A program made the position numbers and the translations under genes. A stretch of DNA of 64,000 nt, taken from positions 45,572,001 through 45,636,000 of the forward strand of contig NC_087436.1 of assembly GCF_036321535.1 (NCBI RefSeq), read 5' to 3'. Below, in pieces: positions 1-12,869 of this stretch (the first letter of the stretch is position 1; each line of letters begins with the position of its first letter). This DNA is from Camelus dromedarius (lineage: Eukaryota). A model generated the notes under the pieces. The model searched no databases, had not been told where the DNA came from, and saw only the letters and a program-made list of their open reading frames with translations.

Positions 1-1144
1 TGTGGGTTTTTTTTTAATAGACCTTGAGATATTTCTATTAAACATTTTCCTCAAAAGGAATTTTTGTCATTTTTCCTGGCTTTGAGCCTACAATTGACAG
101 GGGAGAAACAGCCTCGGTGGGAAATGATGTAAACAGATAGAAAGATAAAAAGCTCCTAAACTGGCCTTGGCGTCTCTCCGGCAGGTTTTATTCTGGTTCC
201 CTCTGTAGAAACTGATGCAGGACATGTATATAGTACAGAGCAGCTTCCTGTTGAACTCATTCAGCTGGGTCCACGATCATCAGAGGAGAATCAATGTGTC
301 CCAACATGGCACAAGCGCAGGGGAGCAAAGTCCTGACCATCGCTAATAATAATGTGTGTTAAGATTTAGAAAACAGTGCAGTTAATTTTGTTCATTGCAG
401 TTGGCATACTTCAGCATATGATAGCGCCTACTTTTCTTATAAGACTCTTAAGATGTTAAGTTTAGAAAGTTTGTGTCACAGAAACTTTTATAATCAAACT
501 GTCACACTGTAGTGATTTAGAAGAGATTAGGGAAGAAAGTGTAAGATCAGTGTTAGAGTTATAAGTCCTGATAGCCGAAGGTACTTCTGCAGTGTTGCCC
601 CTATCCAGGGCTTCGTTAGGGTAGGCAGTCATGGAATGATCTTACACTAAAGGGGTGACTGGAAATAATTGGAATTCGACTTCAAGAGGGGGTGGTCTTG
701 GCAAGTGACTATTCTTCATTCCAGGTTACTCCTTTCCCTTGCCTGGAGAGATACTGGAAAGTACATTTCTGGATATTGTCATGGCAGGGGAAGCATTGGG
801 AACTGTGGACAGTTTGTAAGAAAGAATTGATCACTGGCAACTGGACTGTGGTTCCACTGAAGGCAGAAGTGAACCTAATTCTAGAAAAGTGAAGGGAAAT
901 ATTGCTCTGAATTGGTTGTTTGGTCTTGTTTTCAATTTTAAATGGAACTGCTGATTGGAAATAAGGGGTTACTCTATTTACTATGTGCTTGAAATTCGAT
1001 TTTGAAGCAATTCAGCCTGACTATATCTGAAGCGTAAGTGATGTAACCAGTGAACATGTTTTTAGAAGCTGTATCATAACACACACTCTGTTGAGTTTTC
1101 TGACTTCTCTTTTCTTAATCTCTTTTCTTTATATTTCTCTCATC

Positions 1145-1331
1145 TGGGGTTTCTCAATCTTGGCATTGTTGACGTCTGGGGTGGATAATTCTGTGTTGAG
1201 AGTTGCCTTGTGCAGCATTCAGGCCTTCTATATACTAGCTGCCAATAGCCGACCTTCCAGTTGTGACAACCTCTCCAGACGTTGACAGATAGCTTCTGAG
1301 GGGCAAAATCATACACTTTGAGAACCACTAG
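1145..1331 (-). mobile_element. MER20-like hAT-Charlie DNA transposon relic
   Basis: Ends ggggtttctcaa...ttgagaaccact; internal ccagttgtgacaac and ggggcaaaatca resemble the MER20 consensus. Confidence 0.75.
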
Positions 1332-1339
1332 AGTAAATA

Positions 1340-1590
1340 AGATAAGAGGTCCGCAGGTTGAGACCCTGTAGCTCTCCAAAATTTAAAGACTGGGGAGATG
1401 AAGAGGAAGCCAACAAAGGAAAATGAACAAAGAACAGATGGCGAAGCTGGAGAAGAAATAAGAGAATATAGTGTCCCAGAAACTGAGGGAAGAAAGTGTC
1501 ACAAAAAAGAGGGGGTTACCATCTGTGTCAAATGCTGTAATTCATTAGGCCTCTGAGATGAAGACGCATTCCTAATGGATTTAACATAAG
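1340..1590 (-). mobile_element. LINE-2 fragment
   Basis: Purine-rich gaagaggaagccaacaaagga...gtgtcccagaaac...tgtgtcaaatgctg, typical of antisense L2. Confidence 0.6.
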
Positions 1591-1891
1591 AGTGATAAAG
1601 TCTGAAACAATGGGATTGCTGCAAATAGGAAAATGTGCTTGATGTAGCCCATAGCAGGCATTTTAAGATTGAAATTCAGAGGATGGTCATAGGCCAAATA
1701 ATCTTTGTTGCAAAAGAGTGTAAGATGGCACTTTAGAACCTGCAACAGTTGAGATAAATTGAATACATATTAATAATTTCTAACAAGCAGTATATTTTAG
1801 AAGAAATTCTAAGCTTTGGTGCCTAGTCCATTGTAAGGTAGGATGTGATAAGTCATATGTTACTAGTAAGAATTTTAAGTACTGATCTTTG

Positions 1892-2195
1892 AGTTATTTA
1901 TTTTTTTTAAATTGACAGAGTCATTTACAATGTTGTGTCAGTTTCTGGTGTACAGAATAATAGTTCAGTCATATATATACATACATATATTCCTTTTCAT
2001 ATTCTTTTTCATTATAGGTTACTACAAGATACTGGATATAGTTCCCTGTGCTATACAGTAGGACCTTGTTTATCTATTTAACGTATAGTAGTTAGTATCT
2101 GCAAATCCCAAACTCCCAATTTATCCCTCTCTACCCGCTTTCCTCTCTGGTAAGCGTAAGTTTGTTTTTTATGTCTGTGAGTCTGTTTCTGTTTT
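1892..2195 (-). mobile_element. 5'-truncated LINE-1 3' end with TSD
   Basis: T-rich tail, then L1 3' UTR (tttacaatgttgtgtcagtttctggtgtacag). Flanked by a perfect direct repeat ttttaagtactgatctttg at 1873-1891 and 2192-2210. Confidence 0.9.
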
Positions 2196-2404
2196 AAGTA
2201 CTGATCTTTGTGAGTTTATGTATTTATGAGTGGCTTCAGGACAGTCCGTGACCGTGTGACTCTCAGCCCCTTGCATTCTAAAATGCTTTCTTGAGTCAGA
2301 GGGAAGAGACTGGCTTTGGACCTACCTAGCAAACTGAGAATAAAGATGAAAGGTTTGCCCCACGGCTTTAGACTTTACTATTGTTCGGGGTAATCCATGC
2401 GATG

Positions 2405-2737
2405 AGATGAATAATGAATAACAAAGATGTCCATGTCTTAATCCCTGGAATTTGTGAATGTTACTTTACAGCACTAAAGAGACTTTGCAGATATGATTAG
2501 GTTAAGGAATTTGAGATGAGGAGATCATTCTGGAATATCTGGGTGGGCCCCAAAAGGAAAGGAAACAAATTTTCCGCAGAACTTCCAGAAGGAATGCATC
2601 CTTGGGGACACCCTGATTTTAGCCCCATAAGACTCATTTCAGACTTCTGACCTCCAGAACCATAATACAATAAATTCATGTTGTTTTACACCACTGAACT
2701 TGTGGGAATTTGTGACTTTAGCAGTAGAAAAGTAACA
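2405..2737 (+). mobile_element. MLT1-type MaLR LTR, internally deleted
   Basis: aaagatgtccatgtcttaatccctggaa, gactttgcagat and cagacttctgacctccagaac...aataaattcatgttgtttta are MLT1 hallmarks. Confidence 0.8.
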
Positions 2738-4760
2738 ATTCATGCAGTAAGTTTTCCTCGTTATCAGCCTTCTCAAAGCTAGTGTCTACGGGCCTTTTCT
2801 TATGTCACTGAATGAGCGTCAGATTCTGAAGGAGCACTGTGAATACCCTAATCAGAATCTTGCCATATGGTTATTTTCAAGAGCAAAATGGAATCGATAG
2901 TCTTCTCTTGGCTAATGGGGTGATAACTCAAGTGAAAAAACCTATCTCCTTGGGCATTTTTACTACATTGCTAATGTGTTTCTTTTTGTCATTGCTAGTT
3001 TTTACTCAGGCTTAATTTTTTTTTTTTTATGTAAACTTGATTCTGATGACAAAAAAGTATCCATGAGTTACACCAGGAAATAATGTTCGTCACTGCTGAG
3101 CTCTTTTCTCCCTAATCCAGAAATAGCATTTGGGGCGTGTTTTCACATTGCTTCCCCAATGCCCTTTCAAAATATATATCCAGGGGAAACTGAGGACAAC
3201 AGTACATTTAATTACCCAGTAGTTAAATGAAAACATGTAATGTTTCCCTTGATAGTATTTTCCAACTTCTTTATAGTTGTCTGAAGCAATGAGCATCAAC
3301 TAAAATTTTTTATAAATTTGAGCAGGTAGTTGACTGCAACAAAAAAGGATCATCTTTCAGTTTAAAAAGCCCTTGAGTATAGAGAAAGTGCTCTCAGATT
3401 TGGGTATGTTTATGCTTATTTATATAGCTATCCGTGCAGATGTCATTTTGATTTAAATCTGGGAAAATTTTATGTCTGAATTGGATTTAATCTTGTAAAC
3501 CTGAAATCCAGTTTCCATTCCATTGTGAATAATCATATGCTTTTTATAGTGTTTTTTTCACTTCTGATTTTAGTCTCCAGGTCTCAGATAAATCTATTAT
3601 GCACAGAACATTCAAAGCTTCTTCAGGATAAAGACAAAGAGGAAACAGGATTTTTGTCTTTGACTCTAATTTTTATTTGTATATTTTTAAAATTTTATAT
3701 TCTATTAAACTTTTAATTTTATATTTCTATGGTCAGCTGACCATTTGAGTGGATGATAAGATCTTTTTTAAAAACTTGCATCCTTGACACAAGCCCATAA
3801 TTATATGCTGTACAACTTCTGGTCCAAGAAAATTTCATATTCAGTAAAAAAAAAAAAAATTAACTAATAGCTCACTTATATTACATAGTAGATTTTAAGA
3901 CTGTCAGAGGCAAAGTTTACCCTGGGGACAGGAGAATCCCTCATCTACTCTTATTTAATAGAAGCCATTTCAGAATTATATTATGCTTTCTGTATTATAT
4001 TTATTATATTTTAAAATAACCTTAGCAAGTGAGCATTTCTTCATTGGCAATTCAGATGGAAGCTTTCTATTGCTTAGAACAAAGGGCATTTCTTTAAGGG
4101 AATTAACACAATGAAACTGAATTGCTGATGAAACTACTTTCTGGATTCTATTTCTGCATATTGTCTTTCTATTCAGAACTTTGTCTTTTAAATGACCACT
4201 AGACTTCAGTGTTTTACCATGACTAGTTATCAGTGGCTGATGTATTATATAAGACAGTTACCTGAAAATTCTAACTTGAAGTGACAATCAAGACCAAAGA
4301 ATCAAGGTGAGAATATTGAGAGCGATACTCTCAAAACAGAAACTGAATTATTTTGTCAGTGCAGAGCTCATTAAGAGTTTGCTTTGAGATGGGAAGAGGT
4401 TTATCTAATGAAGACCAGTGATACATTTTTGGCTAAATTTTTATTCAGAGGTTGTGGAAGCTTTACTCTTTCTTAGGAGGTAAGAAACGTTCCTCAAGGA
4501 GAGAATTCTTTCTTTGATTTACCATCCTCAAATCTTTGAGTCTACCTTTTGAGACTGATTCTTTCTGATCAGTGTTATTTAAACCACGTCTTTGAAAACA
4601 AAGAAAAATATTCTTGTCTCTGTCTCAGATGCAATACTGTAGGATTAAAATTGACCTTTGCACCATATGGTTATAACAATTCAGGACACAGCTTTACTGA
4701 AATTATGCCATGATTAGCCTCCTTATTTGCAATACTTAGAACAGGAAACTATTCATTCTT

Positions 4761-5277
4761 TTTTTTTTTTAACATTTTTTTATTGAGTTGTAGTCATTTT
4801 ACAATGTGTCAAATTCCAGCGTACAGCACAATTTTTCAGTTATACATGAACATACATATGTTCATTGTCACATTTTTTTTCACTGTGAGCTACCACAAGA
4901 TCTTGTGTATATTTCCCTGTGCTGTACAGTATACTCTGTTATAATGTCCATCAACAGATAACTGGATAAAGAAGATGTGGTATATTTATACAATGGAATA
5001 CTATTCAGCCATAAAAACAACAATATAACGCCATTTGCAGCAACATGGATGTCCCTGGAGAACATCATTCTAAGTGAAGTAAGCCAGAAAGAGAAAGAAA
5101 AATACCATATGAGATCACTCATGTGTGGAATCTTAAAAAAAAAAAAAAAGAACATAAATACAAAACAGAAACAGACTCATAGACATAAAATACAAACTTG
5201 TGGTTGCCAAGGGGGCGGGGCATGGGAAGGGACAGACTGAGATTTCAAAATTTGTAGATAATGACTGGCATATGCAA
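4761..5277 (-). mobile_element. 5'-truncated, 5'-inverted LINE-1 with 15-bp TSD
   Basis: 4761-~4940 is an antisense L1 3' terminus with poly-T; ~4943-5277 is the adjacent L1 segment in sense orientation. TSD aaactattcattctt at 4746-4760 and 5278-5292. Confidence 0.9.
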
Positions 5278-7018
5278 AAACTATTCATTCTTAAATGAAT
5301 GAAACGTAGAGGAGGTGCCATCTGGTCAGTCCTGTGAAGAACAGCAACTTACAAAAGAACTTGCTTCAGTAAACACATGCACTTCAGTGATTCCTGCCCT
5401 ACGGCTGCTGGCAGTGTAGGTCATGGGGAATATGCCAAAGTGTATTGACTTAGAGAAGCAGAGTCAAACTTCAGCCATATCTGCCCTCGAGAATAGAAGT
5501 AATTAATGCTGTTTCCCTGTGAGCTTATCTCTTTATTCTGCCCCTTCTCGGCTCCAGGATTTTCGGTGCTCTCCATGGCTTACACCAGCATTCTCCACCT
5601 ATCTTTCTGGAATCACTGTCCATCATTCTTCCCCCTTCTTGCATCCAAGGCTCATAATGATGTACCCATGTGTGAATCTATTTTTTTTTAAGAAGGAAAG
5701 ACAACAAAGTAAGCAACAAGTGTGTGTACTATATTTTAATTATTAGTAGTAACAAATTACTGGCCACCTGCCTTACAACCTACTGCACTCTTGAGCTGAG
5801 GATGCAGTCCTAACTTTGCTGCAGCTTTCAGGATGCCACATACCCTGACTTTACCCTACACTTCCAAATGGGCTTCCCCTACTCCAATGCACCTGGTCTG
5901 ATAAACTCCCAATTCAGCTCATGCTTATACCATGGCTTCTCCCCAGCCCAAATCACTTGCCTCTGTCCATCCATCCATAGCCTTAAGGATCCACCTCAAA
6001 GCTAGCCTTTTTTTTTTTTTTTCATTCAGTGGCATACTAACCACACTGCAAGTGAAAAAGATCATTTTGAGTGGAAGGATGGATGGATGTCAGCATTTTT
6101 CATCAACTAAAAACATCTAAGGAAACAAGGAATTAATTGGTATCTTGCCAATTTAAGTATGAGCGAGATGGCATGTTTTAAATGGGGCTGCATGTGTTTG
6201 TGTGTTCTTACACATTTTGAAAGTTTTCCCTTCAAAGGTCTTATTTCCAATCGTAAAAAGAAAACCAACAAGAGAATAGTTTATCAAGATTTTTTAAAAG
6301 GTGGGGAGAAAGGATAGGTTGGTAGGTATGTACAAGCAGCATTACATAGGTCTGTCCTAAGAGGAGAGTACTTTTCCTGGAGAGGGGTATGTAGCTGTGT
6401 CACTGAATCCATTGCATGCATGTAACTCTACTTTGATCATGACCTACTTTGACAGTAGAAATACTGAATTACAAAAGAATGGCTTTCTCTACTTAAATAA
6501 GAACCTGTGATCTTTAAATTAGCATCTGAGGGAAAAGCAGCATGAGAAGCAGAAGTGTTTGCAACTCAGACTCAAAAGATCACACATTATTTGGTTTGCT
6601 GGGTCAAACACAACAGGTTAGAATAACACTTCTTTCCTCATGGCTTGAGTGGCAATTATAAAGTCACCGTTTGTATTAATTATGGACATATTTCCATTAT
6701 TCCCAGAATTATTCTTTGTCAGAATTTCTGGGCACAGAGTTAATTCCTAGTTATAATTTACTAGTGAATAAAAACTGCTGGAAATTTTCCATAATTTTTA
6801 ATATAGAAAAATGCCTCTATGAAGTCCTGAGGGAATTCTCAAAGTGACACGATCCAGCCCTGGCTAGAGCTCCAGGAGCGTACTTTTCAGAATCTCTCTC
6901 AAGAAAACCTTCCTTTATACTCTTGTAAAACGTCCCTCTATACTCTTATAACCACCATACACATCCACTAAATGTCTTATTTGCAAAAAGAAGTGTATTT
7001 CCTTCCTTCTCTGGGTCT

Positions 7019-7353
7019 TGTTGACTTCAAACAAATAGATGACCAGATTTTTCTCCAGCAAAATGAGTTTCTTTGGGATTAGCCGAGAATTGTAAATTCA
7101 GGGTCTGCAACCATGATAAGCCAAGTGCAAGTACCCCACAGGCAAGGGAAGGAGAGCCCTCTTGTAGAGGGGAAGGGGGGAAAGGAAATTGGGAGAGCTA
7201 AACAGACTCCAAGGCTTTTCATTGGTCGAGTTCTTGTCAGGAAAGGAGACTTTCTTCTTCCTGTTAAGCTCTGCCATGGTCACAGGGCAGGAGAGCACCG
7301 CCTCTAGTCTCCAGACTCACTTAATTGAGGTTTGTGTGTATTAATTTCTCACA
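7019..7353 (-). mobile_element. Solo LTR, ERV1-like, 335 bp
   Basis: TG...CA termini flanked by 4-bp TSD gtct (7015-7018 and 7354-7357), with a CCAAT box on the minus strand. Orientation is inferred. Confidence 0.7.
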
Positions 7354-9539
7354 GTCTCCAATTCATATGTGGCCTAAAATTACTTTCAGACCGTTGACTT
7401 ATTTGCTGACTTGAATCAGCAACTGAACTAAAGGAGAAATCTTAAGAATTGCAGCCTCACTGATTAGGATTCTTTCTCAGTTTCTCACTCTACGACTTAG
7501 AATGTGAAAACTTTCCATGCACCAGGCAGACCAGCCAAAGCGAGAGATGCTTTTAGGTCTCCTTTTCTTTTCTTTCCTTTTCTCCCTCACAGCTTATTTC
7601 CCTTTCACAACTCCTCATGCCTCACACATGTACAGTCACCATGAAAACAAGGTTACTGACATAAAGAGCTCAGGCCATCTCCCCGGGGTGTTCATTAGCA
7701 ATTATCCTATGTTGAAACGCTACCCACATGAAAGTTTTGCCTGCCATTCACAAATAAATTTGACTCCCAAAGGATTACAAGTCATTTGGCAGAGATTCGA
7801 TGTGTTAAAAAGTTTCCAGCTACTAAGTATTGGTTTCAATAGAATCCCAGGGGGAAAAAAAACCCCATTTGAATATATACACACTCTTTGAAAAGTGTTA
7901 TTGGAACAATAAATACAAATCATAAGCAGCTGTTTGGGTCAGAATGGAAAAAAAAATCTAGGAACATTGTGGAATAAGGCAGCATGATAAAGAAATCCAG
8001 TTTTCCAAGGATAAAGAATAAGACCATTATTTTTATTAATTATGGACTAATTTTCATTTTTTACATTGACAAATGAAAGGTGGGGGAAAGGGTAAATGCA
8101 AGCATGACAAGCTCAAAGCACATCAGTATCTCATTTGGTTGGGAATGATCATTGGTTGGGTAATTTATATACATAGCTATGGAATCACCATCCTGAAAAG
8201 TATTTATTAAGCACCTACAGTTAAAGGTTATGCTATAAGGTGTGCACTTAAGGCTAATTAAATAGGAAGAGTCGATACAATCTAAAAATTATCTGGTGAT
8301 AAACAATGGGTTACCATTATACCCAGCTATGGAGGCCTGCCAGAATGTGAAGTATTATTGGATTCCTGTTGAAGCTTTAGGGAAGTCATCTGTCCACATT
8401 AAACAGTAAGTGGACCAGCAGCAAGTCATTATTCATCTTGACTGTAACTGAACCTTTACCAAAGAGATAGCAGAATGGAAAGACAGTTTTAATCCACTTA
8501 AATTGCCCACTTTGCTAAAGAAAAATTTATCTTCTGAGCAACATGGAAAAATTGTAACATTCAACTATAATAGAAAAATTTTGGTTGCTCAATTGAAGAG
8601 TTGAGAGTTAATGCCTTGTTAGATGACTCCCTCTTTTAGGAGAAGCCTAAGTGTGATTTTAAATTAACCCAAAGCATTGTTTAAATTTCACTGCAGTGAA
8701 AGATTTATATAGTCTATAATCAACTTATTTTATAGCATTTATACTTAAATATCAGTTCCCTTTATTGACTGCCTGTCAGATGTAACCTAGACAATTGATT
8801 TATGTTTACCCACCTGCTCGAGCCATTGCAATTTTTGCTGGTTTTGACCAACATGCAGTATGCATCTGTGTGACCGTGAGCAACCACTGTCATCAGCACA
8901 CTCACACAAACCCACACCCCACCCCCCCCACTCCTTTTCCTCTCTGTAGAACAAGGAGATTGGTCCCTCGGGACTCTCAAATTCTGCGTGTTTATATTGA
9001 TTGACTTTGTTGCCCTAGCTGTGGAACTGAAGATGAGATCTTTAGAAAACATGTGAAAAAGAGAATCGTCCTTGCCAGGAAGCTAGCAGTCCATGAGGAT
9101 GAATTCTCATTCCAGAACTAAAGAAATAGAGGGAAGATTTTTATTCTTTTTTTTTTTTTGGTTCTTCAGGAGACATTATTTTTCCCTTAGGCTAGAATGA
9201 GAGGATCATATAGACATTCATAATTACAAGCAACGTAATCTATCACTAAAGTCAGAACTGGATTGAATGAGTAAGAGAATGATACATAATTGTAAGGGAA
9301 AGTTTTCAGTAGTACATACAATGAACTTGTTCTCCAGGAGATGAAGAAGGTTTGGATCTAAGTGTACCATGCCCAGAAAGTATGACAGACTGCTGTAGTG
9401 ATTCCTTTTTATCTTCTCAGAGTTAAATAATGTGCTGCACAATGGCCTTGCAATTCAGTAGGAGGGCTTAAGGCATGCTTACATGCTTAGAAGAGAACAT
9501 ACCAGCTACACCCTTCTTTCCTCCAAAAGTTTACCACAG

Positions 9540-9720
9540 GAGAGCAGGGAGAGCTGAGGCTACTTAACCTCTAAGCCAGATTCCTTACTCAGAACATGAA
9601 GATAATGTTTTATTTACGTTAAGGCTGATTAGGAGGATTAAATGATAAAGCTTTTTAGCACTATGTCTGTGCATAGAAATCATTCCTTAAATCATAACAC
9701 TATGATTATTGTCACTTATT
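9540..9720 (+). mobile_element. MIR fragment
   Basis: tacttaacctctaagcc...aggaggattaaatgata...ttagcac core-SINE pattern. Confidence 0.55.
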
Positions 9721-11385
9721 GTTACCTTTGTAATTCAGAAAAGGACGTATACTATTTCATATTACTGTTGTCCACATTAACTTCATAGACTTGTTTTTCT
9801 TCAGTGAGTCCTTGCTTATATGCATGTAAATACAGATAGTGATTCTGACTCTTAATTTTGTGCCATACACGTGCAGAATTCAAAGAAGTAAAGCAATAAA
9901 TATATTTATGGCTAAAAGTACTTTCTTCTTGAAATGTTCTATAGGTATAATAAATTGTCTCACTTTGCCACTTCTTGAAATATAGGAATAGTCTTTCTTT
10001 CTGGAGGAAGAAAATGAATTGTATGTTTTGTCTGAAAAGTTTTTTCTTTAGTTATTAAGACAGTACTGGGAAGGTTCAACTGTTCATTCAGAGTGTTTGC
10101 TGAGCCCCCACATGCATTGGAAAATCTGATATCAGATCATGATCATTCGACAAATATTTATTAAGCACTTACTACTGTGTCCCAGCCAGGTCTTGTGTTT
10201 CCAAGAAAAGAGCCTGCAAAACTCATTAGAAGTGGTTTATTTGGCCCTGACTTACCAGTTGATTTCAGAATCGCTGTTTTATTTGGCAGTGTTTATCAAA
10301 TAGGTCACTCGCACTCAGCGAAGGAGTGTTGCTTGTGTGAATAAGATCCGTCGTGAGTCAGCAATACATGTCAGCAGTCAGGGAAAAAAACTGGAAGCCT
10401 TTTACAATAATGCTCATCAGGTTTCAACTTTCTGATTTCATTAAAGGTGTTTGGTTTGTTTTTTGGGTTTTTTTACAATTCATTTGTTCAAATAAGGATC
10501 CAAAAAATTTCTACACAGTATATTTGATACATCTCTCAACTCACTTTTAATCTAGAACAGATTTTTATTTCTTACCACTGATGTTTTGAAGAAATAAATT
10601 CAGCCGCCCTACAGAATGTCCCACAGTTTGGCTTTATCCCCTGTATTTCCTATAAGCAGGTAGTAAAATCACATATTCAATAGATTCAAGCTCAAGGGTT
10701 TTGGCATGTACTGTAGGCGGTTCTGTGTTCTTCCTGTTACATTGTATGATATCTGACAATTATGCCTGTTATTAATGATAATACTAACACCTTTAATACC
10801 TGCCTTCTTTGGAGAAGATGTCAGGAATCCATCTTGGGGCAGTCATAAATCAAGTAGCTTGGTTTTAGTGTTTTAAATCATCAAATAGTCCTCTAAAATC
10901 ATTTTTTAGTATCATTAGCCTGTTAGGATAAAGAAAGCCTCCAAGACACAACTCTGTCACCAACTATTTTGTGTCCAATAAAAATAATTCTTTTTAAACA
11001 TTCATCTAAGTTGTCCAACAAACTCAGAAAACTGAAATGAATTCCGTAAGTGAAACGTTTTCTTTTGGGACCTCAGTGCTATGTTGTTGAAATGTTTAGA
11101 GTTACAGAGTTCAAAAAGTAAAACGCGCCTATCCTGATGTGTGTTGGTAAATCTAGGTGACCTAATTTGTCAAGGGAGGGTTTGACAGGTGCCATATTGT
11201 CAAATGGCCTGAGCATTCTCTCTTCAGTGATTGAGGCACATTCCCAAGAATGTCTTCAGTGCTTACAAAGAGGAGAATGGTACACAAGTTGATGAATAAT
11301 GAGTAAATATAAGTTTCTACTGAATAAAAATAAATTCCTTAAAGAGTTTGATCTCATAAGATTTTGGTCTTCTGTTTGTTCACAG

Positions 11386-11517
11386 GAAGAAATCTTTCCT
11401 GTTTTCCGCTCTGTATGCTGCCTTTATCTTTGGTGGTCGGCACCTAATGAACAAACGGGCAAAGTTTGAACTGAGGAAGCCATTAGTGCTGTGGTCTCTG
11501 ACCCTTGCAGTCTTCAG
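11386..11517 (+). CDS. ELOVL6: ELOVL6 internal coding exon (second coding exon, 132 bp): (W)[43 protein letters not shown](S)
   Basis: Acceptor tctgtttgttcacag|G and donor TTCAG|gtaggt. The translation matches the ELOVL6 N-terminal region as I recall it. Both ends are phase 2 and join in frame to 47866. Confidence 0.97.
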
Positions 11518-12869
11518 GTAGGTTTGTTTTTCCATTTCCAAATAAAATCCATCCATTTCATCAGACTCAGCTGAAAGAAGCAACCACTGAACTTTTTATC
11601 TTACATCTCATATTTTTGATTATTAAGGACATAAAGTCATGCCCACAGAGAAGACCTTCATTGCATCCAAACTTACTGCACTACACTCAGACTCTTTATT
11701 TTGAGAGCTCACAGGCCATCTCCTTTCTTCTCTGAACTGTTGATGCAGTAATTCAGTTTATGCCTTAGGACTAGAAGCAGTGCATCAATTCCATTATTTC
11801 TGTTGTATAAATATAGATGGAGGGCTTAATGGAAAGCCATAGCAGTAAACTGTAGAAGTCTATGGAAGAGTAGGGTTCAAATGTGATGGGTGTGCTTTTA
11901 CTGACTAGGACCTAATCAAAAATGGCATGTGGGCATATGACCAGACACTGAATACCTGTCTGTGTCAGTATCACTAGTCCAGAGAACGCTTTTGTTCTGC
12001 ATCCCCTGAAGCATCCTCCTCCTGCATTGCCCGACTTCACTCTCAGACCTGTGCTCGTGCAGCCAGTTTTTACTTTGCCCCTGGTAAAACTCATTATGGC
12101 AGCTGTCAGGACCAGGCCTGATCTCTCCGGGGACATCTGCCAGCCAACATCCAGGCACACTCCTGGAAGCTGGAAGGAGCATTTCTAGTTTTGTAATATT
12201 AGGGGATTTGGCAATCAGAAGACTAATGAGCACACAGCTGGTGTCCACACAGGTACCAGAATTTACCTACAGTGCTGACAAAGGCACCTGTTCTATTTGT
12301 GTTTTGCTTGTCAAAACCAGAAGTTGGTAACTAGGCTTGGCATGGGGGTAGGGGAGCAGATGTAGATATCCTACGGAATAAAAAACCCTTTGTTTCAATG
12401 TTTAGGAGTATTTCTTTTTATTTTTTCATGTTGCATAGTAATTCTGCCACTAAGGAGAAATAGATGGTCCTATAAAAAGCCTCATTAGTCACTTAAGGTG
12501 GGTTAAAGATGAGGGTTTTCACAAACTCTGATGATCTGCACATTCCCATTACACTGGCTCCTGCGTCTGATGCACTCATCTGCTTGCTGCGACTGAATAT
12601 GCTCTTTATTTTGGTGCATTTTGTAAGGCACTACATTTGAGGTTCTCATGATTTGGATCTGTCACTGTAAAGACTCCTTCCATGTCACTAAGTATCAGGT
12701 CATAATTCTCTACCACAAAGCAGCATTTTCATTTTTACTTACATTGAAGGTTCACAGAGTATGCATCACCTGAAGTATTTTGATATTTGAGGGGGAAATT
12801 ACCTTCTTCTAATGATGCCTTTCAGCATTTTACAGAATTTTCAACATTTTCTGAGCCTTTTTCCTCTTT

